This document shows positions 48,919-58,798 of a stretch of DNA of 64,000 bases, in pieces. The notes below the pieces were generated by a model. It had not been told where the DNA came from. It ran no database searches and worked only from the letters and a program-made list of their open reading frames with translations. The stretch comes from an uncultured Planctomycetaceae bacterium (GTDB lineage: Bacteria > Planctomycetota > Planctomycetia > Pirellulales > PALSA-1355). Numbering within the stretch: position 1 is the stretch's first letter; each line of letters starts with the position of its first letter. Both the position numbers and the translations under genes were made by a program. The DNA lies in contig CAWAUV010000008.1 in NCBI GenBank assembly GCA_963785305.1, positions 224,001-288,000 on the forward strand, written 5' to 3'.

Positions 48919-51387
48919 TTGTCCCTCCCGAAAACCCCGTCGGAGGGGAGGGCGATCGGGATTAGCGTCGATTTCGCGAGGTTGGTTTCGGCGGAGCTCA
49001 AGAAAAATCGCCGGCGTTGGAGTAAAAACGGGCCCGGAGGGCCTGTTTTGGCTCATCGGCGCGACGCCGCGATCATCGCCGCTGGAGACAGCGCATCGAC
49101 GACCCCGCTCTTGCCGACGCCCGCCGCGGCATTGACGGTAGCCAACTTGGCGATCGGGGCGCCGAGCTTGCCGAGCCAGCCGGGAACCGACACGTTCTAT
49201 CAGAACGCGATGGACGGCGTGGCCTACGGCTTCTCGTTCCAGCCGCAGACAGCCTACTACGACCCCGGCAATTTGAACGAGGACCTCACGCTAAGTTCCA
49301 CCGAAACCGCCGTCCGCGCCCCGCTCATCTACGATCAAGGCGGCACGAACACCCCAAGTGAAGTCGCCGCCGTGGCGATCATCCCGCCGACAGGCGAAAC
49401 GTACAGTATCGCGAATCTATCCGACGGTGGCGGAAGTGGCGGCGGAACGACCAGCCCCGATGGCGCCATCTGGACGCCATCGGCGGGCGACGTGAACGCG
49501 GCGGCCGTGTTCGATGAACTCGAATCGCTGGTTATGAGCGCCAATCCCAACCCGTCCGCGCCGAATGTTGGTAACCAGATCAATAGCATCCTGGGCGGGG
49601 GAACGGCGTCCTCGGGAGTCGGCGATACCTATGCGGCGACGCAAGCCGGCGGAAACGTTTCGGAACAAATCCTCGAAGCCGACGCGGAAGGAAACGCGGC
49701 GACACAGCCATCGATCGGCTCCAACACAACGCCGGTTTTCGATGGAACGTTGCGATTCTTGCGGCCCGCCCAGGTCTCGCAACTCGAGCAAGGGGGCTAC
49801 AGCGTTCAAACGATCCCGGGGCAAGGGGGGCCTGCCAGCATTACGTTGGTCGCGGTCGTCGACGGGCAGCTTTATCAGCTTTTGTACACGCAAAACAGCG
49901 ACTCGATTTACGCCGCCTATGAACTGGTGTCGGCCCATTCGATCGGTTCGGTGAGCGACTACAGTTCGCTGCAAGAACTCTCGAATGCGATAAGTTCGCT
50001 CAACTCCGCTGAAAACGCCGGCAAGTTGCTCGACCTCTACAAGAGCCAGAACGGCACGCAGACGCTGGACTACTTGCGAATGCTGCCGATCACCGGCACA
50101 ATCATCAACTTCCAAGATGGGAACTACATCGCCGGAACCATCTCGCTCGCCGGCGACGCGCTCTTGGTGCTGCCGGTCGCCCGACTCGGCATCTCCGCTA
50201 CGAACGCCGCCATGGCCGCAGCGAGGGCGGGCGCGACCGCGGAAGCCGCCGCCAAGGTCGGCGCCGAAATTGGTGGAAACGTTGCGGAGAATGTGACGGC
50301 TAGCGCCGCGGAGGCCGAACTCGCGACCGATTCAAGGTTGGCCGGAAACTTTAGTAAAGGCGGTTGCTTCACCGAAGACACGCTTGTCATTGTCCCATCG
50401 GAGGAAGTTCCGCGTGATAACGCACGCGCCGCCACGGCTACCATTGCCGCGACGGCGATCGGCTCGGTGCGGCTCGGCGGCCGCGTGCTGGGCGAGAACC
50501 CGCGTCCCTGGGAATACGACTCGCAATTTCCCGAGCCCGCGGCCGGCCAATGGGTTTGCATTAACGCTCGCGTCAAACGGCCCAACGCGGTTGCGGTGGA
50601 AATCGAACTGCTGCGGCCGCGAGCGTGGGTCGAGGCCAACGGCATCAAGGCGGGAGGCCGGTTTGAAATCAAGTACCCTGAGCTGGGTGTTATCGGCGAA
50701 GCCAGGATTATCTCGCTTTCGGCCTGCCCGCCGATCGCCGCGGGCGACGGCAACGTGGTGATTGGGCGGTTCGTTTCTCGCGAAATCAACAACCTTGTTC
50801 GCTTGCGACTGAGCGATGGCACTACGATCGAAGCGACCGATATCCACCCGATTTGGTCAACGGATCGCCGGGATTGGGTCGCGGCCGGCAAGCTCGAGCC
50901 CGGCGAGCAGGTGGAAAGCTTTGGAGAATTTATTTATGTTGAAAGCGTCGAGCGGATCGGGTATTGCCCCGCGGTTTATAATATCGAGGTGCATGGCCAC
51001 CACGTTTACCGCGTCGCTTCCGTAGGAGTGGTGGTCCATAACGCGGACCCGTTGTCCTGCGCCGCAAGTGTCCCTGGCGCGAGTAATGCCGGTGGCCTTC
51101 CTTGGGCCTCTTGGAATAATTTGCCAAAGGTAACAATTGCTGGCAAAGAGTATGCGAGCATCGGCGGCCGACTCTATACTGAGCACGCAATCGAACGAAT
51201 GATTCCAAGTGCTCTCTCGGGTTACGGACGAAGTGTCGCGCCGGCATTTGTTGAAGAAGCTATTAAGAGTGGTGCTACAACTACTCGTGTTGTGGATGGT
51301 GTGCTACGTACGATTCATACGCTTGGCGATTTAGTCGTAGTGACAGAGGATGGCGGCAAGATTGTTGTTACGGTGATCACGCATTAG
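48919..51387 (+). CDS. Cassette 1: 5'-truncated polymorphic toxin with HINT (50365-51042) and a putative RNase tip
   Basis: Shared carrier from 49063; CFTEDTLV...VYNIEV..HVYRV..VVVHN; tip YTEHAIERM...KIVVTV of DUF4258/BECR type; GC drop at the tip. Confidence 0.8.
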   Translation: MSLPKTPSEGRAIGISVDFARLVSAELKKNRRRWSKNGPGGPVLAHRRDAAIIAAGDSASTTPLLPTPAAALTVANLAIGAPSLPSQPGTDTFYQNAMDGVAYGFSFQPQTAYYDPGNLNEDLTLSSTETAVRAPLIYDQGGTNTPSEVAAVAIIPPTGETYSIANLSDGGGSGGGTTSPDGAIWTPSAGDVNAAAVFDELESLVMSANPNPSAPNVGNQINSILGGGTASSGVGDTYAATQAGGNVSEQILEADAEGNAATQPSIGSNTTPVFDGTLRFLRPAQVSQLEQGGYSVQTIPGQGGPASITLVAVVDGQLYQLLYTQNSDSIYAAYELVSAHSIGSVSDYSSLQELSNAISSLNSAENAGKLLDLYKSQNGTQTLDYLRMLPITGTIINFQDGNYIAGTISLAGDALLVLPVARLGISATNAAMAAARAGATAEAAAKVGAEIGGNVAENVTASAAEAELATDSRLAGNFSKGGCFTEDTLVIVPSEEVPRDNARAATATIAATAIGSVRLGGRVLGENPRPWEYDSQFPEPAAGQWVCINARVKRPNAVAVEIELLRPRAWVEANGIKAGGRFEIKYPELGVIGEARIISLSACPPIAAGDGNVVIGRFVSREINNLVRLRLSDGTTIEATDIHPIWSTDRRDWVAAGKLEPGEQVESFGEFIYVESVERIGYCPAVYNIEVHGHHVYRVASVGVVVHNADPLSCAASVPGASNAGGLPWASWNNLPKVTIAGKEYASIGGRLYTEHAIERMIPSALSGYGRSVAPAFVEEAIKSGATTTRVVDGVLRTIHTLGDLVVVTEDGGKIVVTVITH
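48920..49049 (-). mobile_element. Solo ~130-bp terminus of the rve/DDE element (copy 1)
   Basis: TGTCCCTCCCGAAAACCCCGTCGGAGGGG...GATTTCGCGAGGTTGGTTTCGGCG...GGAGGGCCTGTTTT, highly similar to 63302-63431. Confidence 0.85.
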
Positions 51388-51397
51388 AGTAATAAAC

Positions 51398-51667
51398 ATG
51401 GCCATCTATCCTGATATAATACTGGACCTGAAAGTAGCTTGTGCTCGCTATCGTCGACAAGAAATCACTGAGAAGCAACTGCAAGAGCATCTTTGGAAGG
51501 CGGTCCAAGGCGTTGTGGCTCTCGAAGAAAAAGCTCATCGCGCATTTCTCAGGCAGGCCGAAGGCAAGATTGAACTATTGCAATTCACGGTTTCCATCGG
51601 CGAACTTCGCAACGAGGTATCGGCAATCGTGGCTCAGATCGAGGACCACCTTAGTGGATGGCGTTGA
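51398..51667 (+). CDS. Cassette 1 putative immunity protein (89 aa)
   Basis: Small lower-GC ORF 10 nt after the toxin stop. Confidence 0.7.
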   Translation: MAIYPDIILDLKVACARYRRQEITEKQLQEHLWKAVQGVVALEEKAHRAFLRQAEGKIELLQFTVSIGELRNEVSAIVAQIEDHLSGWR

Positions 51668-51680
51668 TATTGTGGGTTCT

Positions 51681-51697
51681 TGTCCCTCCCGAAAACT
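51681..51697 (-). mobile_element. Element terminus (copy 2; only the outer ~16 bp conserved)
   Basis: TGTCCCTCCCGAAAACT, 13 bp after the immunity stop. Confidence 0.7.
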
Positions 51698-51782
51698 CCA
51701 ACCGGGTGGAGCGGGGCGTGGGAGGGCGCGGTTTCGGGAAAGCAGTTTGGGCGGCGCGTCAAGAGATTTTCTCGCGGGAAAA

Positions 51783-51885
51783 TCAAAGGGGTCAGGACTC
51801 ATTGATTTTGCTGGCGGTTGTTGGTAGGCTGGCGGACATGCCACGAGCCGACGAGCAATTCAAAGGGGTCAGGACTCATTGATTT
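51783..51885. repeat. 26-bp perfect direct repeat (51783-51808, 51860-51885)
   Basis: TCAAAGGGGTCAGGACTCATTGATTT twice, 51-bp spacer. Confidence 0.85.
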
Positions 51886-51972
51886 CGCCGTTGGCGGCGT
51901 CGGCAACCCCACCGGCGGAACCTAGCTCGCACCCGGTCCGGCCCAGGCCGATTCCAACGCCGACCGCGTCTT

Positions 51973-54380
51973 TTGGTACGGACCGATTCCGACGCGCTGG
52001 CCGACAAGAACGCTTCGCTCTCGGACGACGCCACGCAAGAACAGCTCGGCGCCGCGATCGCCGGCGACGCGCTGGCGTACGTGCAGGCGCTCGCTCCGGC
52101 GGTCACGGCGTCGTTCGAGGCGCAGGGGCAAGCGCAGTATGCTTATGCCCTCGCGCAGGCGAGCGCCATCGAAGAATATCCCAACGGGATTTACGATTCG
52201 AATTACAACGCCGCGATGGCCACGGCGAGCGCGAATCTGCAAACGGCGCTCACCGCCGCCGGAGTGACTTACTCGTCGGCGGAGCTCGCCGCCCGCTCGC
52301 CGCAAGAGACGGCGATCGCCGCGGCCGAAGTCACGGCCGCGGGCCAAATCGCCACGAACATCACCACCTGGCAAGACGCCACCGCGGGCAACGATCAAAC
52401 GCTCGGCGTGTCGGCCGCCGAGGCGGCATTGACCGATGTGCTGAACGACGACGCGACGTACGAGCAGTACGACGTGCAAAGCGCCGTCGATTACAACACG
52501 CTCGCGCAGAACCTCGCGGCCGCGAGCCCGAGCGTTTATGCCAACGAAGGCGCCGTGCTGGCCAGCGCCGCGCTGACCAACGTGCAAACGACCGATAGCG
52601 CCTGGCTGACCCAGCAAACATCGCTGGCCAACGCCGACGAGAGCGAGTCCGTTACGGATGCCGAAGCGCAAGCCGCTCTCTTGGATGCCCAAGCCTCGGC
52701 CGACGCCACGCTCACGACCTCGACCGCCGCCGCCGAGCAATCCGGCGTGGCCGCCTCGCTGGCCGCCGACGCCGCGATCATCGCCGCGGGAGACAGCGCA
52801 TCGACGACCCCGCTCTTGCCGACGCCCGCCGCGGCATTGACGGTAGCCAACTTGGCGATCGGCGCGCCAAGCTTGCCGAGCCAGCCGGGGACCGACACGT
52901 TCTATCAGAACGCGATGGACGGCGTGGCGTACGGCTTCTCATTCGTGCCGCAAACGTCCTACAACGACCCCGGCAATTTGAACGAGGATTTGAACCTCGC
53001 CGCGACAGAAACCGCCGTCCGCGCCCCGCTCATCTATGACCAAGGCGGAACGAACAGCCCTAGCGAAGTCGCCGCCGTGGCGATCACCCCGCCGACAGGC
53101 GAGACATATCAAATCGCGAATCTAGCCGACGGCGGCGGCGGAAGCGGCGGAACTTCCAGCGGAACCGACGGCAACATCTGGACGCCCAGCGCCGGCGACG
53201 TGAACGGCGCGCCGGTGTCCGAGGGCGTCGGCCTGCTTCTCGCGGGCGCGAACTCGGGCGAGGGTTTGCAATACAACAGCGTTGTCGGCGCGGCCCCCTC
53301 GGGGTTCACCGACACCTATGCGGCATCCCAGGTTACCTTCGGGGCCACCGAACAAATTCTCTATGCCGACACGGAAAACAACGCCACGACAACGCCGCTA
53401 GGACCGGCGCCCGACCCGCTCGCCCTGAGTTACAGCACCGCCAAGGGCTTCTTTTCCGTCAGTGGTTCCCCGACCGACGGCGAAACCAACGAGGCGATTT
53501 CGCTCGCTGGGCAAATCGCCGCCAAACAGGCGAAGCTCGAGGCGAACAATCGGTTTCTCGAGTTCTTCGAAAGCCGATCCGTTCCGGTTCTGACCGAGAA
53601 TGCACAACTCACGCAAGAGATCGCTCAGCTTACCAAACAGTTCAACGACAAAGGCTACAATCGGCTCGAGTGGAGCGGAAGCTTCGGACCCGACATCGGC
53701 GGCTATGGCGGGACCGGGTTGGCCGGAGCCCAGTCGATCGCGCGGGGCCTCGTCTCAAGCAACGGCGCCCAGAGCGTCTTCATGGATGAGTTCCTCTTCC
53801 TGTACTCGGCCGGCGGCGTCGGAAAGCTGATCGGCAAGGGCGTGCTCAAAGGCGCGGGACGCGCCTTCGGCGCAGCGCCGGCGAAGATATACTGGCGGCG
53901 GACGCGGCCGAAGCCGGATTGGGAGCAGAGGCTGCAGGTAATTTGGGCGGGCGTGGACTAACCTCGACGGTCGGCGGGGTTCCGATTGACCCGGCCGACC
54001 TCGCCCGAATGAAGGCCGCGTTTGAGAAGAGCGGCGGATCAATCCTGCAGAACGCTGAAATTGATGCTTATCTTCGCTGGAGAGCCGAGCAGATGGGCGC
54101 GAGCAACATCGGTGGCGTAACATATAACGCAAAAGAGATTATATTGCCGACGAATGCGACCCGGACCGCCGTCTTCGAGGAATTCATTCATACGGCTCAG
54201 TTCAAGTCCGGGCGGGTCAATGAGTTGATCGTGAAGTACGGCAACGCGGAGGCCGAGAGGCTATTGGAAATCGAAGCAGCAAAAAAACTCATTCAAAACC
54301 AGAGCGCATGGGCGCTTCCGCAATCCGAAATAGACGCGGTAAGGCAACGCTTAATCCAGCTTGAAAAAGGGATGCCGTGA
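51973..54380 (+). CDS. Cassette 2: 5'-truncated polymorphic toxin with a zincin-like metallopeptidase tip (frameshift near 53890)
   Basis: Ala-rich carrier plus shared core; tip AVFEEFIHTAQ...LLEIEAAKKL (EExxH...E, Tox-MPTase-like). Confidence 0.75.
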
Positions 54381-54658
54381 ACTATATGAATTTTCAATTT
54401 CGCGTACGAAAAGTGTGGGTAGCGCCAGCGCGACGGTTCATACACATCATCGGGGTAGTCGAAAACGGCGTGGTTGTTCCACCGGTGGTCGCGAGCGTGT
54501 CCGGGCACCCCGGTGCGACGGTTCGTATTTGCTCGATGGCAATTAGTGGATTCGATGCACAAGCGGGCAGACCGCGGGAACTCACCTTTGCCATCAGTGA
54601 ACCTACGATCGATCCCGCCGAGTTGGAAGGTTGTGTCCTGAGCGATGTTCAATCTTAG
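54377..54658 (+). CDS. Cassette 2 putative immunity protein (93 aa, beta-rich)
   Basis: GTGA overlap with the toxin stop; small, lower GC. Confidence 0.7.
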   Translation: MNYMNFQFRVRKVWVAPARRFIHIIGVVENGVVVPPVVASVSGHPGATVRICSMAISGFDAQAGRPRELTFAISEPTIDPAELEGCVLSDVQS

Positions 54659-54673
54659 AGCCTATCCAGCGAC

Positions 54674-54710
54674 CAGGGCTTTGAAGCTAGCGTTTTCGTT
54701 GCTGGCGGGC
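54674..54710. mobile_element. Isolated IS4 end relic
   Basis: CAGGGCTTTGAAGCTAGCGTTTTCGTTGCTGGC resembles the reverse complement of the IS4 end at 31658 (CAGGGCTTTGAAGCTGGCACTTTCCGTGCTAGC). Confidence 0.7.
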
Positions 54711-54830
54711 TGTCTCTCCCGAAAACCTCATCGGAGGGGAAAACGATCCGGAGTAGGGGCGATTTGGCGGGGTTGGTTTCGGCGGGGCTCAAGAAAAATC
54801 GTCGGGGTTGGCGTGAAAACAGGCCCGAAG
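54711..54830 (-). mobile_element. Solo ~120-bp terminus of the rve/DDE element (copy 3)
   Basis: TGTCTCTCCCGAAAACCTCATCGGAGGGG...GGTTGGTTTCGGCGGGGCTCAAGAAAAATCG...GAAAACAGGCCCGAAGG. Confidence 0.85.
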
Positions 54831-57084
54831 GCACCGCGCTCGCCAATGCCGCGCTGACGAATGTGCAATCATCCGATAGCGCTTGGCTGACTCAACAAAC
54901 GACCTTGGCCGACGCCGATGAAGCGGAGTCGATCACCGAAACCCAAGCCCAAGCCGGCTTGCTCGATGCCCAAGCCGCCGCCGACGCCACCTTGACCAAC
55001 GCCGCCGCCGCCGAGCAATCCGGCGTGGCCGCCTCGCTGGCCGCCGACGCCGCGATCATCGCCGCGGGAGACAGCGCATCGACGACCCCGCTCTTGCCGA
55101 CGCCCGCCGCGCCGCTGGCAGTCGCCAATCTGGCGATCGGTTCGCCGAGTCTGCCGAGTCAACCGGCGACCGACACGTTCTACCAGAACGCGATGGCCGG
55201 CCCGGCGTACGGCTTCTCATTCGTGCCGCAAACGTCCTACAACGACCCCGGCAATTTGAACGAGGACCTCACGCTAAGTTCCACCGAAACCGCCGTCCGC
55301 GCCCCGCTCATCTACGATCAAGGCGGCACGAACAACCCCGGCGAAGTCGCCGCCGTGGCCATCACCCCGCCGACAGGCGAGACGTACAGTATCGCGAATC
55401 TAGCCGACGGTGGCGGAAGTGGCGGCGGAACGACCAATGCCGACGGCAACATCTGGACGCCATCGGCGGGCGACATCAACGCCGCCTTCCTAGCCGGCAG
55501 CACCTCGAAGACGGTCTCGCCAGCCGCCGCGCCCCAAGCCGGCGGTTGGAACGGAATCTCGGGCGCGGCGCCGGCCGTCGACTACGGAACGACCAACGCG
55601 ACGGTCTCGACATTATTGGACGACGGATCGCATTCAGCGGTTGTGCGGCAGGTGGCCGACAATTCTTCGTCGGACGGGACGAGTGGCGACCAGCCGATGA
55701 CGGTCCATGGAATTCCGATCCAAGGAATGGACGCTGATGGGAAGGTTTGGCTCGCGATTCCCAACTATCCGGAAGCGCTGCCGTCGACCACTGGAAGCGC
55801 CGCGCCGCGGGAACCACGTCGTGGGACGAGGCGGCGGCCGAATGGCGAGCGTACCAGGAAGACGTCGCCGCGATGGAGGACAATTCAAACGGATGGTTGG
55901 CGACGAGAACTGCCGCGGATGTCGAACAAACATGCTTCGTAGCGGGAACGCTGGTAGCGACACGCAATGGCTTTAAAGCGATTGACGAGATCACGATCGG
56001 CGATGAAGTGGCTTGCAAAAACGATGGCGATGTATACGGGGAAATGCATTGGCGCGTGGTGGACCGGATATTCAAGCATGCTCCGACGCCAATTCTAACC
56101 GTTGAAATCGAGCAACGCGCTATTCGCGGCACGGCGAACCATCCATACTGGGTCGACGGGAAAGGCTGGACGTATGCGGCGCAATTGCGGGTGGGCGATC
56201 AGCTCCTCGGCCATGACGGCCTCTTGCAACGAGTGACCGCGATCGTCGACAATGGCGAAATCGAGCCGGTTTTCAACATTGCCGTCGCCGAACACCACAC
56301 GTACTTCGTTGCCAGCGGGGATATGACAGTAACGGCGCTGGTGCATAATGATTATGTTATCACGGAACAATCCAGCGGCAGGACGTTAGTTTATTACCAG
56401 GCGAGCATTTTTGGTTATCGAACCGATAGCAAGGTACTAATCGGGTACCTGGAAGGCGAAAATGTCATTCATGTCGCGGCGGATGGCACAAAAACCGCGG
56501 CGCTGTTGAGCGCCGTGGAAGTCGAGGTGACGAGCTTGGGTACAACGGGCGATTGGGATCAATGGTTCAGCCAAAGCAGCTTGGCGAAGTGGCTGGAAGA
56601 ACATCCAAACGCAACGTACGGAACTCCGAATGAGAACGAGGCATCTATTTCGGCGGTCGGCACGCCGCCCCCAGGGATGGCAAACAAGGTCACCGGAGTC
56701 TTGGTCGCTCCAGCAACTGATACCGCGGCTCGGACCTATTCGGCCGGCATGGGTTGGGGAGGCTCATCGAGCAATTTGCCCCCGAATTCGATGCCTTCGC
56801 CGCCCCCTGACGAGCATGCGTTTGGAATGAGCGTCGGCAACAAGAACAAAGCCGCAGCAATTGAAGCCGTGATAGGTGTTGGCGAGGCCGGGATACTTGC
56901 AACGGACGAGGTCGTCAATGGAAGGAATTCAGTCGACTTTGTCGCATTCACCGTCGGGGCCCACGCTTATTTCTATCTCACTACTACGGATGGCAAGTAC
57001 ATTCCTTATTCCGGCCCATACAATGGCGCGGTGATCTTGAGCAACTGGCTCGGCTACGGTAAGAGTTTGCCGACCACGGATTAG
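54764..57084 (+). CDS. Cassette 3: 5'-truncated polymorphic toxin with HINT (55933-56349) and an unknown 244-aa tip (frameshift near 55790)
   Basis: Shared core; CFVAGTLV...IDEITIGDEV...GTANHPYWV...VFNIAVAEHHTYFV...LVHN. Confidence 0.8.
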
Positions 57085-57085
57085 A

Positions 57086-58657
57086 TTGCGGTTTGAGATG
57101 AATGTTTTTCGGATTCTTAAAGGCGGCCGTTTTTTTATCGTGGCCGTCGTGTGCAGTGTCGCCGTGGCGGCACTCTTTGTCGCGGTTGAGTCGAGAAGAC
57201 GGCGGTCCGTTTCTCGCGATTTGATGGCATTTGGCGCAACCAGCCGCACGGTCGACGCCCCGGGGTCTATCGCCGGCGCACTCTTGGGGAAAAGCGACGG
57301 GCGCCGGATTGTTTGCTATTTAGAGGTTCCCGCGAAATCGGCGGCCGCGGCATTGGCGGCCGCTGGCGATTTGAGCCAACTTTTCGAGATCACGTTGAAC
57401 GGGGGCGAGATCGACGCGGAGCTGATCCATGCGTTACGGATCGCGGCTCAACTCGAGCGGCTTACCTTCCGCGACTGTCTCGTGAAGTCCCACGCGGTTT
57501 CCGGTATTTCCGAACTGAGGACCGTGAAGTGGCTTAAATTCGCGAATTGTGCTTTTGATCACAAGGCCCAGCTTTTCGAAGAACTTCCTATAAACATCGT
57601 CGAGCTGTTTTGCGAGAATTTGACGCTCGCCGATGCCGATCTGGCCCGCGTCGGCCGGCTTTCGAACCTCGTCTATCTATCGCTGGATGGCAATCCCGTT
57701 TCCGGGAAATGTCTTGGCGGATTCGAGCGCTTGCCGAAGTTGCGATCCCTGGACGTGTCGCGAACTCATTTCGATTGGCGCGGAATCCGCGAATGCTGCT
57801 CTAGAATGCACTTGTCGTCCGTCTTTGCGTCGGGGATAGACATAACGCCTGCCGAATTGCGGTCGCTTAAGACCGAGTTTCCGAACGTAAAAATCAAGAG
57901 CGATCTTTTCGATCGGCAACAGGCGCTCAGCGATGGATTCAAGCAGAGGCTAGTGGAAGCAAGTCAGCGCAAATCGCCTGGAATGCTCGATCGCGTATTA
58001 GTTGACGTCGATTTAGCATTGGCGAACGATTCTGAGAATCCCGAACTCTATGCTATTCGCGGTATCGCGCATGAAAAGCTTCAACAATGGAGGGACGCCG
58101 TCGACGATTTTAGCCGGTCAATCGATATCGAACGCGAGCCGAAATATCTAAGAGCACGGGCTGGTGCGTACGCTAAGCTTCATCGAGATATCGAATGCCT
58201 TCGCGATATAGACGAGGCTCTTGGAAAAGCCAATGCCAAGAGGATTCCGGCGGCGGCGGATATTCCGTTGTTAAAACTTAGAATCATCCTGCACATGGAA
58301 TCACATGATCCTCGGACGGCAATGTTGGATTGCGAAGCGATTGTGAGAGCGAACCCAAATGACGTCGGCGCTTGGATTTCGTATGCCGAGGCAAATTTTG
58401 CAATCGAACACTGGCGTAGCTGTATCGAGAATTGCAATCGAGCGCTCGCGATCAATCCGCGCGCGATCGAAGCATTGAATTTTCGCGCTCAAGCGAATGA
58501 GAAACTGGGGATGCGACAATTAGCAGACGCCGACCGCGAACAAATAGCTCGATTTAAATCTCGTGCGGTTCCTGTCCCTCCCAAAAATCAATCGGAGGAG
58601 AAGGCGATCCCAAGTAGGCTCGAATTCGTGATGTCGGCTGCGCGGAGCTCGATATAA
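57086..58657 (+). CDS. Cassette 3 partner: membrane-anchored LRR + TPR protein
   Basis: N-terminal TM; LRR-like LSNLVYLSLDGNPVS, LPKLRSLDVSRT; TPR-like YAIRGIAHEKLQQWRDAVDDFSRSI, ALAINPRAIEALNFRA; lower GC. Confidence 0.75.
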   Translation: MRFEMNVFRILKGGRFFIVAVVCSVAVAALFVAVESRRRRSVSRDLMAFGATSRTVDAPGSIAGALLGKSDGRRIVCYLEVPAKSAAAALAAAGDLSQLFEITLNGGEIDAELIHALRIAAQLERLTFRDCLVKSHAVSGISELRTVKWLKFANCAFDHKAQLFEELPINIVELFCENLTLADADLARVGRLSNLVYLSLDGNPVSGKCLGGFERLPKLRSLDVSRTHFDWRGIRECCSRMHLSSVFASGIDITPAELRSLKTEFPNVKIKSDLFDRQQALSDGFKQRLVEASQRKSPGMLDRVLVDVDLALANDSENPELYAIRGIAHEKLQQWRDAVDDFSRSIDIEREPKYLRARAGAYAKLHRDIECLRDIDEALGKANAKRIPAAADIPLLKLRIILHMESHDPRTAMLDCEAIVRANPNDVGAWISYAEANFAIEHWRSCIENCNRALAINPRAIEALNFRAQANEKLGMRQLADADREQIARFKSRAVPVPPKNQSEEKAIPSRLEFVMSAARSSI

Positions 58658-58673
58658 AGACGCCGTCTGTCCC

Positions 58674-58690
58674 CGCCCCTCCCGAAAACT
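58674..58690 (-). mobile_element. Element terminus (copy 4; diverged, outer ~16 bp only)
   Basis: CGCCCCTCCCGAAAACT preceded by CTGTCCC, 16 bp after the LRR-TPR stop. Confidence 0.6.
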
Positions 58691-58798
58691 CGATCCGGGG
58701 GAGTAGGGGCGTGCCGGCCCATGGCCCTTCGCAAAATCGGGTTGGGCGTCACTGTCAAGGATATTTGTGAAATGGCGGCCGGCGCGGCTTACGAGTAG

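Noticed and set aside
51783..51885. Mini CRISPR array
   Set aside because: Only two repeats, a 51-bp spacer and no cas genes.
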